64,000 bases of DNA, from positions 7,825-71,824 of the forward strand of contig CAYNHT010000004.1 in NCBI GenBank assembly GCA_964397485.1, read 5' to 3'. Below the pieces are notes generated by a model. The model ran no database searches, was not told where the DNA came from, and was given only the letters and a program-made list of their open reading frames with translations. Source of the DNA: an uncultured Muribaculaceae bacterium (GTDB lineage: Bacteria; Bacillota_I; Bacilli_A; RF39; UBA660). The number at the start of each line of letters is the position of its first letter. Positions within the stretch are counted from its first letter, which is position 1. Positions 50,532 to 59,543 of the stretch are shown piece after piece. The translations under genes were made by a program, and so were the position numbers.

Positions 50532-53084
50532 TTAATTTGTTGGTGTTATTGACATATCAAAATTACGTAATTCGTAAATTGATATTCCCCTATCAGTTCC
50601 CGTTACATCTCTATTAGATGTAAAAATAAAACTATCTATTTTCTTTTGTCTAGATTTTAAATTCATATAGAAAACAGGGTAAGAAGAGCCATCTATTTTT
50701 CCATCTGTAAATAAAATATTATTTAGATTGTTGTAAGTTCTATCACTGTATGGAGGATATGTAAGAATATTCGAAACCACAACTAGAGGTTCAATATACC
50801 CGTCACTAACACTTTGTTCTATACTACCTATATACCCATCTTCAAATTTTATCTTAAAACTACTTAATTCTGTATTGTCATTTTGCATCCTAAAATATAG
50901 TTGATACCAATTAGTTTTAACATTTGGTTCATTGATTATAGGATATTCATTTTCACCTTGATAAATTATTTTAAAATTCGGATTGTTTTCGATGTTATTT
51001 AATAACTTCATATCATCAGAGTTAAATGGTCTTAAACACTGACCATAAGGATAATTACTTTCTCCATTTGGCAAGTAATTGCTACACCAACCGCTTAGAT
51101 CAACTTCTGGATTATTGCTAGTAAAAATATTTGAATAATTTAAACTAGTATCAGTTCCATAGTTAGAAACTATTGTTTTTAATTTTTCAATTATAACAAC
51201 AGGTTCCTGAAATATTTTTGACAAATTAAAATTCATATCATAACCTACTAGAATTGCATCACTATGCCCTTTATTAAAGTTTTTTAAATATCCGTCACTA
51301 GAGAACGTTTGCCCAGCTAATATAAATCTATTACTACTAGTCTTGATAATACTTCTAAATATATCACTGTTGTTTCCGCCGAAGATTTTTTTAGAAACAA
51401 TACTTCCATCAGTAATGCTATATTTTACAATAACAGCATTACTGTAACCATCTTTCGATATAGCTAGTCCACTCATATCCATATCTTCAGACTTACTATA
51501 CCCTACCGCTACTACCTCATTCGCATTAACAGAAGTAACAGCATAAAATACATCATCATTACTCCCACCAAATGACTTTTTCCATATTATATTTTGTAAA
51601 TTTTTATCATATTTAACAATTACTGCATCATTGTAACCATTACTGGCTTTACTTAAATCTGTCATGTCTAAATCAAACCCATTTGAATGACCTACAACTA
51701 TATAGCCATCTGATACCTCAACTATATCATTAAAAGCACCACGACTATTATTACCACCATAAAATTCCATACTTGATACCATTTCCATATCGTTATCTAA
51801 TTTAAATATATATGATGTATATCCACCTTTATATGTTGCTACTCCGATATACCCATTATCTGTAGCAATAAATTCTTTAAAATCTCTATAACTGTGAGCA
51901 TTATGAAATTTAGTTGTCAATATATTAAAGTCAAAATCCATTGTCATAATAATAAATTGAAAACGCCCACCTTCATATATAGCATTTAGATAATCTCCGT
52001 CCTTGGTATATATATCAGCATTTCCTGATATTATAAACTTATTGTCTTTTATCATTATGTGGTTAAAACTTTCACCACCATCTAGGTTTGTTCCACCATA
52101 AGTTCTTTTGTATACTACATTTCCTTGTTTATTAAACTTGACAATTATAGCGTCTGTCGGACCTCCTTTGTAATCATCTATATCGATGTCTTCACTAGAT
52201 GTAGAACCTACTGCTACATAACCATCAGCTGTTTCTAAAACTGAATTAAAAATGTCATTATTGCTTCCACCAAAATTTTTGCTCCAAAGAACATTACCGT
52301 TTGAATCAAATTTTACGATTATCGCATCATACATTCCATTATTACCAATTCCATATTTTGTAATAACTTCCGAGTTACTTCTTCCAACCGCTACATAACC
52401 ACCATCAGTTGTTTCTTTTACATCATTAAATTCATCAAGATATTTACCACCATAACTAACATAGTGACTTGCAAATGTTGATGCATCTAGTAAACAATCT
52501 ACATATGCTTCATATGCATAATTATCATTACCTATCTTTTCTACTTCAACATATCCTACACAACGATTTGTTATATCGGTTGGTATTCTTATTTCTGCTG
52601 CTTTACCTTCGTTTATAAGAGTATCCAAATCAACTGTTGTTTTTTCTCCTATTTCAGTTGGTAATTCTATATTCATGCTTTTGACGCTTTCTACCATTTT
52701 TTGTTGATACCACTTAAATGAATCATTATCATATAATTGAAGTGAATACTTTACTATACCGTCTTCTTTATAAATTAGTACTTTTGTTTCATCTGGTATT
52801 TCTTGATTATTCAAAGGATTTAATATTTTTTCTCTTAAATATCCTGTTTCTTTTAATCTTCCTATTTCAACATAACTTATATCATCTTCCCATACTAACT
52901 CATCATTATATTTAAAATAATATAATTCAGCTGATTTGGCAACCATATCTCTTTGTCTATCATAGACTCCACCTTTACTTCTATCAATAATATTCATTAT
53001 TATTGGCACAGCTATTAGGGCTATGATTGCAAGAATCACTATTACTGCTAAAAGTTCTATTAACGTAAATCCTCTTTTTTTCAT
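50532..53084 (-). CDS. Giant prepilin-signal SBBP beta-propeller repeat protein, array B paralog 3 (850 aa).
   Basis: Same architecture as paralog 2; ends ...ISIYELRNFDMSITPTN. Confidence 0.85.
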   Translation of the reverse strand: MKKRGFTLIELLAVIVILAIIALIAVPIIMNIIDRSKGGVYDRQRDMVAKSAELYYFKYNDELVWEDDISYVEIGRLKETGYLREKILNPLNNQEIPDETKVLIYKEDGIVKYSLQLYDNDSFKWYQQKMVESVKSMNIELPTEIGEKTTVDLDTLINEGKAAEIRIPTDITNRCVGYVEVEKIGNDNYAYEAYVDCLLDASTFASHYVSYGGKYLDEFNDVKETTDGGYVAVGRSNSEVITKYGIGNNGMYDAIIVKFDSNGNVLWSKNFGGSNNDIFNSVLETADGYVAVGSTSSEDIDIDDYKGGPTDAIIVKFNKQGNVVYKRTYGGTNLDGGESFNHIMIKDNKFIISGNADIYTKDGDYLNAIYEGGRFQFIIMTMDFDFNILTTKFHNAHSYRDFKEFIATDNGYIGVATYKGGYTSYIFKLDNDMEMVSSMEFYGGNNSRGAFNDIVEVSDGYIVVGHSNGFDLDMTDLSKASNGYNDAVIVKYDKNLQNIIWKKSFGGSNDDVFYAVTSVNANEVVAVGYSKSEDMDMSGLAISKDGYSNAVIVKYSITDGSIVSKKIFGGNNSDIFRSIIKTSSNRFILAGQTFSSDGYLKNFNKGHSDAILVGYDMNFNLSKIFQEPVVIIEKLKTIVSNYGTDTSLNYSNIFTSNNPEVDLSGWCSNYLPNGESNYPYGQCLRPFNSDDMKLLNNIENNPNFKIIYQGENEYPIINEPNVKTNWYQLYFRMQNDNTELSSFKIKFEDGYIGSIEQSVSDGYIEPLVVVSNILTYPPYSDRTYNNLNNILFTDGKIDGSSYPVFYMNLKSRQKKIDSFIFTSNRDVTGTDRGISIYELRNFDMSITPTN

Positions 53085-53116
53085 ATGTCAACTACCTTCC
53101 TTATCATTACATATAA

Positions 53117-53145
53117 ATAATAACATACCGATATTGTTTCGTCAA
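53117..53145 (-). promoter_or_regulatory. Promoter (TTGACG-17-TATTAT) for array B paralog 3.
   Basis: Plus CGTCAA 53140-53145 and ATAATA 53117-53122. Confidence 0.4.
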
Positions 53146-53164
53146 TTATTACTATATAGATAAA

Positions 53165-53188
53165 TGAAAAAAGAGTTTGAAACTCTTT
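53165..53188 (-). terminator. Terminator after array B paralog 4 (and its out-of-frame remnant tail).
   Basis: AAAGAGTTT-G-AAACTCTTT hairpin plus T-run. Confidence 0.45.
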
Positions 53189-53191
53189 TTA

Positions 53192-53248
53192 ATTTGTTGG
53201 TGTTATTGACATATCAAAATTACGTAATTCGTAAATTGATAAACCGTC
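53192..53248 (-). pseudogene. Untranslated, in-frame remnant of the conserved C-terminal 19 codons (DGLSIYELRNFDMSITPTN*) of array B paralog 4, cut off from the CDS by a premature TGA at 53249-53251.
   Basis: Minus strand reads ...AAT TAT AAT AAT TTA TGA GAC GGT TTA TCA ATT TAC GAA TTA CGT AAT TTT GAT ATG TCA ATA ACA CCA ACA AAT TAA. The DNA is near-identical to the coding 3' ends of paralogs 1-3. Confidence 0.6.
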
Positions 53249-55783
53249 TCATAAATTATTATAATTTTTAGAACTTGTTAAATATATTGAATTCAACTTT
53301 GATAATTTAGGTTTAAAAATTAAGTAAAGTGATGGTGAAGATCCAACACCAGTTCTTCCACCTTCATTTATTAAATCTATAACATTTGGATAAAGTGCAG
53401 GTGGATAAGTTGTAGTTACATACGAATTTACAATTACAAGTGGCTCTATGTAACCTTTTTCTATTGCGTCTGTTATATGACCAATATAACCATCTTCAAA
53501 TTTTAACTTTAAATTAGATAATTCTAAATTACCAGTACCAAAGCTATTATAGGCACGTAACAAATGCCAATTATTATTATTTGTTTGTTGATTTATTACC
53601 TCATATTCATATTCACCCTGATACATTTTAGCTCCATAACCTAGTTCTGAAACTGTCAATAATTTTTGATCATCCATATTAAATGGTCTTAGACAAAACG
53701 CATGATAATAATTACTTGTATTGCCGGTAGTATAAGGGACATTGCTATTGCACCATCCTAGTAAATCTTTTGTGGGATCATTACTAGTGTATATATTATC
53801 ATACTTTAAACTAATATTAGAACCATAATTGCTTTGGATAGGCTTGATTTGATCTATTAGTACAACTGGTTCTTGGAATATTTTAGATAAATTAAAATTA
53901 TTATCATAACTAACTAAGATTGCATCCTGATGACCTTTGTTAAAATTTTTCAAATCCAAGTTGTTCGAATATGTAGATCCGGACAATACATAAGCACCAC
54001 TACTAGTTTTTACGATACTATGGAATTTATCGCTATTCGTTCCACCAAATGTTTTTTTAGAAATAACATTTCCTGTAGCTATGTCATATTTTACTAAAAT
54101 AGCATTGCCATACCCATCTGTTGATTTAGTTATTCCGCTCATATCCATATCTTCAGATTTACTATATCCAACAATTACAACCTCATTATTATTCACTTTT
54201 TCGGCTGAATAAAAATAATCGTCATTACTCCCGCCAAATGTTTTTTTCCATAATACTGCTTCTAAATTTTTATCATATTTCACGATTACAGCATCGAAAT
54301 AACCATTGTCAGTTTTACTAAGACCTAACATATCTTGATCAGATGATTTACTATATCCGACAGCTATATAACCATCTAATACTTCTACTACATCATAAAA
54401 ATAATCCTGTTTACTTCCACGCAAGGAATTTTTTCCAACTAAATTTCCTTCATCATCAACCTTTATAATAATGGCTTCCTCTTGATAAGTATCAGTTGTA
54501 TAACCAATACCATCCATATCATAATCTTTTGACGTAGAAAAACCAGTTATGACATAGTTATTATCACTAGTCTTGATTCCTTTATTGAATTCTTCATTAT
54601 AATGGCCAGTAAAAATATTCATCCATTCAACCTCTAAATTTAAATCAAACTTTATTGTTAACCCCTCTAAAGATCTAACTAGTCCTTGAACATCTGTCAT
54701 ATCTCCGTCATTATTACTGCCTATTCTAGCGAAAACAACAACCGAATTACCAGATGATACAACTCCCATAAAGTGTTCCCAACTTTGACTTGTTCCAAAA
54801 TTTCTTTTAGCCAAAACTTCACCTTGGCTACTATATTTTACTATTAAACCGTCACTTGTTCCACCCCAATAAGAATCAATATCTAAATCATTACTAGATG
54901 TTGAGCCAACTGCAATATATCCACCCGGAATTTCAACTACACTTCTGAATATATCATTATTACTTCCACCAAAATTTTTACTCCAAAGGACATTACCATT
55001 AACATCAAATTTTACTATAATAGCATCATATTTGCCATTATTTCCAATTCCATATTTAGTTATTACATTCGAATTGCTTCTTCCAACAGCTAGATATCCT
55101 CCATCACTTGTTTCAATTACATCATTAAATTCATCTAAATATTTGCCGCCATAACTAAGATAGTGGCTTGCAAATGTTGATGCATCAAGTAGACAATCTA
55201 CATATGCTTCATATGTATAATTATCATTACCTACTTTTTCTATATCTACATATCCTACACAACGATTCGCTAGATCAGTTGGTATTCTTATCTCTGCTGC
55301 TTTACCTTGATCAATTAATGTGTTTAAATCAACTGTGGTTTTAGTACCAATTTCAGTTGGAAGTTCTATATCCATACCTTGGACACTGGCTACCATTTTT
55401 TGTTGGTACCACTTAAATGAATCATTGTCATATAATTGCAAAGAATAATTTATTTTACCATCTTCTTTGTATATTAATACTTTTGCTTCATCTGGGATTT
55501 CTTGGTTATTTAAAGGGTTCAATATTTTTTCTCTTAAATATCCCGTTTCTTTTAATCTTCCTATTTCAACATAACTTATATCATCTTCCCATACTAACTC
55601 ATCATTATATTTAAAATAATATAATTCAGCTGATTTGGCAACCATATCTCTTTGTCTATCATAGACTCCACCTTTACTTCTATCAATAATATTCATTATT
55701 ATTGGGGTTGCGATAAGAGCTATGATTGCTAAAATTACTATTACTGCTAGTAATTCTATTAATGTAAATCCTCTTTTTTTCAT
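53249..55783 (-). CDS. Giant prepilin-signal SBBP beta-propeller repeat protein, array B paralog 4 (844 aa), C-terminally truncated by ~19 residues relative to its paralogs.
   Basis: MKKRGFTLIELLAVIVILAIIALIATPIIMNIIDRSKGG... with the same architecture; ends ...LTSSKNYNNL* where paralogs continue to ...IYELRNFDMSITPTN. Confidence 0.8.
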   Translation of the reverse strand: MKKRGFTLIELLAVIVILAIIALIATPIIMNIIDRSKGGVYDRQRDMVAKSAELYYFKYNDELVWEDDISYVEIGRLKETGYLREKILNPLNNQEIPDEAKVLIYKEDGKINYSLQLYDNDSFKWYQQKMVASVQGMDIELPTEIGTKTTVDLNTLIDQGKAAEIRIPTDLANRCVGYVDIEKVGNDNYTYEAYVDCLLDASTFASHYLSYGGKYLDEFNDVIETSDGGYLAVGRSNSNVITKYGIGNNGKYDAIIVKFDVNGNVLWSKNFGGSNNDIFRSVVEIPGGYIAVGSTSSNDLDIDSYWGGTSDGLIVKYSSQGEVLAKRNFGTSQSWEHFMGVVSSGNSVVVFARIGSNNDGDMTDVQGLVRSLEGLTIKFDLNLEVEWMNIFTGHYNEEFNKGIKTSDNNYVITGFSTSKDYDMDGIGYTTDTYQEEAIIIKVDDEGNLVGKNSLRGSKQDYFYDVVEVLDGYIAVGYSKSSDQDMLGLSKTDNGYFDAVIVKYDKNLEAVLWKKTFGGSNDDYFYSAEKVNNNEVVIVGYSKSEDMDMSGITKSTDGYGNAILVKYDIATGNVISKKTFGGTNSDKFHSIVKTSSGAYVLSGSTYSNNLDLKNFNKGHQDAILVSYDNNFNLSKIFQEPVVLIDQIKPIQSNYGSNISLKYDNIYTSNDPTKDLLGWCNSNVPYTTGNTSNYYHAFCLRPFNMDDQKLLTVSELGYGAKMYQGEYEYEVINQQTNNNNWHLLRAYNSFGTGNLELSNLKLKFEDGYIGHITDAIEKGYIEPLVIVNSYVTTTYPPALYPNVIDLINEGGRTGVGSSPSLYLIFKPKLSKLNSIYLTSSKNYNNL

Positions 55784-55870
55784 CTACTACACTACCTTTC
55801 TTACAATATATAAATGATATCATATTTATATAATAACCGTCAATGTTAGAACAATACTATTTCATTCAAA

Positions 55871-55902
55871 ATAAAAAGAGTTGAATCTTGAGTTCAACTC
55901 TT
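55871..55902 (-). terminator. Rho-independent terminator after rpoC.
   Basis: AAGAGTTGAA-TCTTGA-GTTCAACTCTT, 10-bp stem, followed by a T-run on the minus strand. Confidence 0.65.
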
Positions 55903-55907
55903 TTTGG

Positions 55908-58900
55908 TTAATCCATTAATTCTTGTTCTAATGCTTCTAATGGTTCTTCCTTTAGTAAATCTAGTTCTAAATCATAATCAAACTTTTGATATTTTTTAGC
56001 ACCTGTTCCTGCTGGAATTAATTTACCAATAATAACATTTTCTTTTAACCCGTTTAAGTGATCCACTTTACCATGAATTGCTGCATCTGTAAGTATTCTA
56101 GTTGTTTCTTGGAATGATGCTGCAGATAAGAATGAATCAGTTTCAAGTGAGGCTTTAGTAATACCTAACAATACTGGACGACCAGTTGCTGGATTTTTAC
56201 CTTCAAGAATTAATCCTTTATTAATATCTGTAAATTTATTTATGTTTACCATTGTTCCTGGTAATGATAATGAATCACCTGTATTAATTATCTTTATTCT
56301 AGAAATCATTCTTCTAGCTATAACTTCAACGTGTTTATCACTAATATCAACACCTTGAGAACGATAAACTTTTTGAATTTCTAATAAAATGTATTGTTGT
56401 ACAGTAATTGGATCTGTTACGATTAAAAGTTCTTTAGGACTAATTGCACCATGTGTAAGTCTTTGCCCCGCTTTAACTTCTTCGTTTAGCTCAACAGCTA
56501 ATTTAGAACCATAATTTGATGTATGCTCTTTTGTTTCAACATCGTTTGTTACTGAAATAACAAATTTACCATTTTCTTCTTCGATCTTAGATACTCTACC
56601 GTTAATATCTGAAATAGTAGCTTTACCTTTAGGATTACGAGCTTCAAACAACTCTTGAACACGAGGTAAACCTTGTGTAATATCATCCCCGGCAACTCCA
56701 CCTGTATTAAATGTACGCATCGTTAACTGTGTACCCGGCTCACCAATTGATTGGGCTGCCATAATACCAACTGCTTCTCCAATTTCAACAACTGATCCAG
56801 TTGCTAAATTACGACCATAACATTTTTGACATACACCATGGTCTGTTTTACATGTAAGAACAGTTCTGATAGGTACTTTTGTAATTCCTGCTTTAATAAT
56901 CTTGTCGGCAAGTTGTTCATTAATATAAGTATTTCTCTCAGCAATGACTTCTTTTGTTTCTGGATGAATAACTTTTTTATTAGTATATCTTCCGATAATA
57001 CGATCAGAAAGTGATTCAATTATTGTTCCATCTTTTTCATTAGTAAAAGCTGCAACTAACACACCTTGTTCAGTACCACAATCTTCTTCTTTGACAATTA
57101 TATCTTGTGATACGTCAACTAAACGACGAGTTAAGTAACCAGCATCCGCTGTTTTTAACGCTGTATCAACGGCTCCCTTACGAGCACCATGTGTTGATAA
57201 GAAGAATTCAGATATTGTTACCCCTTCACTAAATGAAGATTTAACAGGAATCTCTACATATTCTCCACCCGGCTTAAAGAATAATCCACGCATACCAACT
57301 AATTGAGTATGACTTCCAATATCCCCACGAGCTTTACTCATCATCATGATAGAAATTGGATTTTCTTTATCTTCTTTAACCATTGTTTCTAATTCCTTAG
57401 AAATTTTTGTTTTAGCGTTTGACCATATATTAATAACTTTTTCATATCTTTCTTGATCAGTAATTAAACCTCTCTTAAATTGCTTATTAATAGTGTCTAC
57501 CATATCTTGACTCTCTTTTAAGACTTCAGGTTTAATAGTACTTTCTTTGATATCTGTAATAGCAATCGATATTCCAGATAAAGTAGAATATTTAAATCCT
57601 AAATCCTTTAGTTTATCAAGCATAACTGATGTTTCAGTTGTTTGATATCTTTTATATATTTGAGCAATTATCTTACTTAAAGCCCCTTTATTTAAAGCAT
57701 CAATCAGTGGCATATTTTCAATTTCTTCTTTAATGTTTTTACCACTATCAATAAAGAATTTGCTAGGAGTAATTTTTTCAATATTCTCAGAACTTCCTTC
57801 GTTAATATATTGGAAAGTATCTGGGAAAATTTCATTAAATAATAATTTACCAGGAGTTGTTGCTAAATACTTATTCATATAAGCATCAGGGAAAATTTTG
57901 TATTTAAATGATCTTACTGGTAACGCAATACGTGTATGAAGAGTTATTTCTCTTCTTTCATATGCCATAATTGCTTCGTTAGCATTTTTAAATACTCTTC
58001 CTTCACCAGGTAATCCCGCTTTTTCAATTGTTAAGTAGTAATTACCTAAAACCATATCTTGTGACGGTGTAACAATTGGTTTACCATCTTTGGGACTTAG
58101 GATGTTATTAGCACCTAACATCAAAATACGAGCTTCTGCCTGTGCTTCTTCACCAAGTGGTACGTGAACTGCCATTTGATCTCCATCAAAGTCGGCGTTG
58201 AATGCCGCACAAACTAATGGATGCAATCTTATAGAACGACCACTAATTAATTTAGGTTCAAATGCTTGAATACCTAATCTATGTAATGTAGGAGCACGGT
58301 TTAATAACACTGGATGCTCTTTGATCTTTTCTTCAACAATATCCCAAACTCTAGGATCTTGATTTTCAATCATTCTTTTCGCAGCTTTAATATTAGAAGC
58401 TATTTCCTTAGTTACTAATCCATTAATAACATGTGGTTTAAATAACTCTAATGCCATTTCTTTAGGTATTCCACACTCATACATTTTTAAGTTTGGACCT
58501 ACTACGATAACTGAACGTCCTGAATAATCAACACGTTTACCTAATAAGTTTTGGCGGAATCGACCTTGTTTACCTTTAAGCATACTACTTAATGATTTTA
58601 ACGGACGATTTCCAGCCCCTGTGATATTTCTACCGCGACGACCATTATCAAATAAAGCATCAACAGCTTCTTGAAGCATACGTTTTTCATTTTGAATAAT
58701 GATAGACGGAGCTCCTAAATCCATTAATTTCTTTAAACGGTTATTTCTGTTAATAACACGACGATATAAATCATTTAAATCACTAGTAGCGAAACGTCCA
58801 CCATCCAATTGAATCATAGGACGTAACTCTGGTGGTATAACTGGTAGTGCATCTAAAATCATCCATTCAGGACGATTTCCTGATTCCATGAATGCACTTA

Positions 58901-59543
58901 ATACGTCTAATCTTTTTATTAAACGAATTCTTTTTTGTGAAGTAGAATCTTTAATTTCTTCAATATCTTTTTTTATTTGTTCTACTTCTGGTTCAAGTAC
59001 TACTTGTTCCAATAATTCTTTAATTGCTTCCGCACCCATTCCTACTCTAAAAGTATTACCATATTTTTCATAATAAGCACGGTATTCTTTATCAGAAATA
59101 GTTTGTTTTTTCTCTAATGGGGCTGCTCCTGGATCTAAAACAACATACGATACAAAGTATAATACTTCTTCTAAATCACGTGGAGACATATCTAGAACTA
59201 ATCCCATTCTTGATGGAATTCCTTTAAAGAACCAAATGTGAGATACAGGAGTTGCAAGTTCAATATGTCCCATACGCTCACGACGTACCTTAGAACGAGT
59301 TACTTCAACTCCACATCTATCACAAACAATATTTTTATATCTTAAACGTTTATATTTACCACAAGAACATTCAAAATCCTTTGTTGGACCAAATATTTTT
59401 TCACAAAATAGTCCGTCACGCTCTGGTTTTAAAGTTCTGTAGTTAATAGTTTCAGCTTTTTTTACTTCACCAAATGACCAAGATCTTATTTTATCAGGTG
59501 AGGCAATTGCGATTTTTAAACCTTCAAAGTTGTTAACATCCAT
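55908..59543 (-). CDS. rpoC: DNA-directed RNA polymerase subunit beta' (RpoC).
   Basis: 1211 aa; [29 protein letters not shown]..., zinc finger CSCGKYKR...[15 protein letters not shown] catalytic motif. Confidence 0.98.
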   Translation of the reverse strand: MDVNNFEGLKIAIASPDKIRSWSFGEVKKAETINYRTLKPERDGLFCEKIFGPTKDFECSCGKYKRLRYKNIVCDRCGVEVTRSKVRRERMGHIELATPVSHIWFFKGIPSRMGLVLDMSPRDLEEVLYFVSYVVLDPGAAPLEKKQTISDKEYRAYYEKYGNTFRVGMGAEAIKELLEQVVLEPEVEQIKKDIEEIKDSTSQKRIRLIKRLDVLSAFMESGNRPEWMILDALPVIPPELRPMIQLDGGRFATSDLNDLYRRVINRNNRLKKLMDLGAPSIIIQNEKRMLQEAVDALFDNGRRGRNITGAGNRPLKSLSSMLKGKQGRFRQNLLGKRVDYSGRSVIVVGPNLKMYECGIPKEMALELFKPHVINGLVTKEIASNIKAAKRMIENQDPRVWDIVEEKIKEHPVLLNRAPTLHRLGIQAFEPKLISGRSIRLHPLVCAAFNADFDGDQMAVHVPLGEEAQAEARILMLGANNILSPKDGKPIVTPSQDMVLGNYYLTIEKAGLPGEGRVFKNANEAIMAYERREITLHTRIALPVRSFKYKIFPDAYMNKYLATTPGKLLFNEIFPDTFQYINEGSSENIEKITPSKFFIDSGKNIKEEIENMPLIDALNKGALSKIIAQIYKRYQTTETSVMLDKLKDLGFKYSTLSGISIAITDIKESTIKPEVLKESQDMVDTINKQFKRGLITDQERYEKVINIWSNAKTKISKELETMVKEDKENPISIMMMSKARGDIGSHTQLVGMRGLFFKPGGEYVEIPVKSSFSEGVTISEFFLSTHGARKGAVDTALKTADAGYLTRRLVDVSQDIIVKEEDCGTEQGVLVAAFTNEKDGTIIESLSDRIIGRYTNKKVIHPETKEVIAERNTYINEQLADKIIKAGITKVPIRTVLTCKTDHGVCQKCYGRNLATGSVVEIGEAVGIMAAQSIGEPGTQLTMRTFNTGGVAGDDITQGLPRVQELFEARNPKGKATISDINGRVSKIEEENGKFVISVTNDVETKEHTSNYGSKLAVELNEEVKAGQRLTHGAISPKELLIVTDPITVQQYILLEIQKVYRSQGVDISDKHVEVIARRMISRIKIINTGDSLSLPGTMVNINKFTDINKGLILEGKNPATGRPVLLGITKASLETDSFLSAASFQETTRILTDAAIHGKVDHLNGLKENVIIGKLIPAGTGAKKYQKFDYDLELDLLKEEPLEALEQELMD

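Larger units (their letters stand above)
45122..55783 (-). repeat. Tandem array of four ~2.6-2.7 kb paralogous gene units with near-identical 5' regions (~600 bp), 3' ends and spacers.
   Basis: The spacers 50428-50531 and 53085-53195 are almost identical base for base; the coding 5' ~600 nt are >90% identical among the four copies; the central propeller regions diverge. Confidence 0.85.

Noticed and set aside
53249-53251. TGA in array B paralog 4 as selenocysteine or programmed read-through.
   Set aside because: There is no SECIS-like hairpin immediately downstream. The aligned position in the paralogs is not Cys. A simple nonsense mutation or a sequencing error is more parsimonious.
44958-55907. 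Transposase, IS inverted repeats or an integrase bounding the inserted array B block.
   Set aside because: No transposase or integrase ORF was found on either side, and no terminal inverted repeats. The only long repeats are the tandem gene units themselves.
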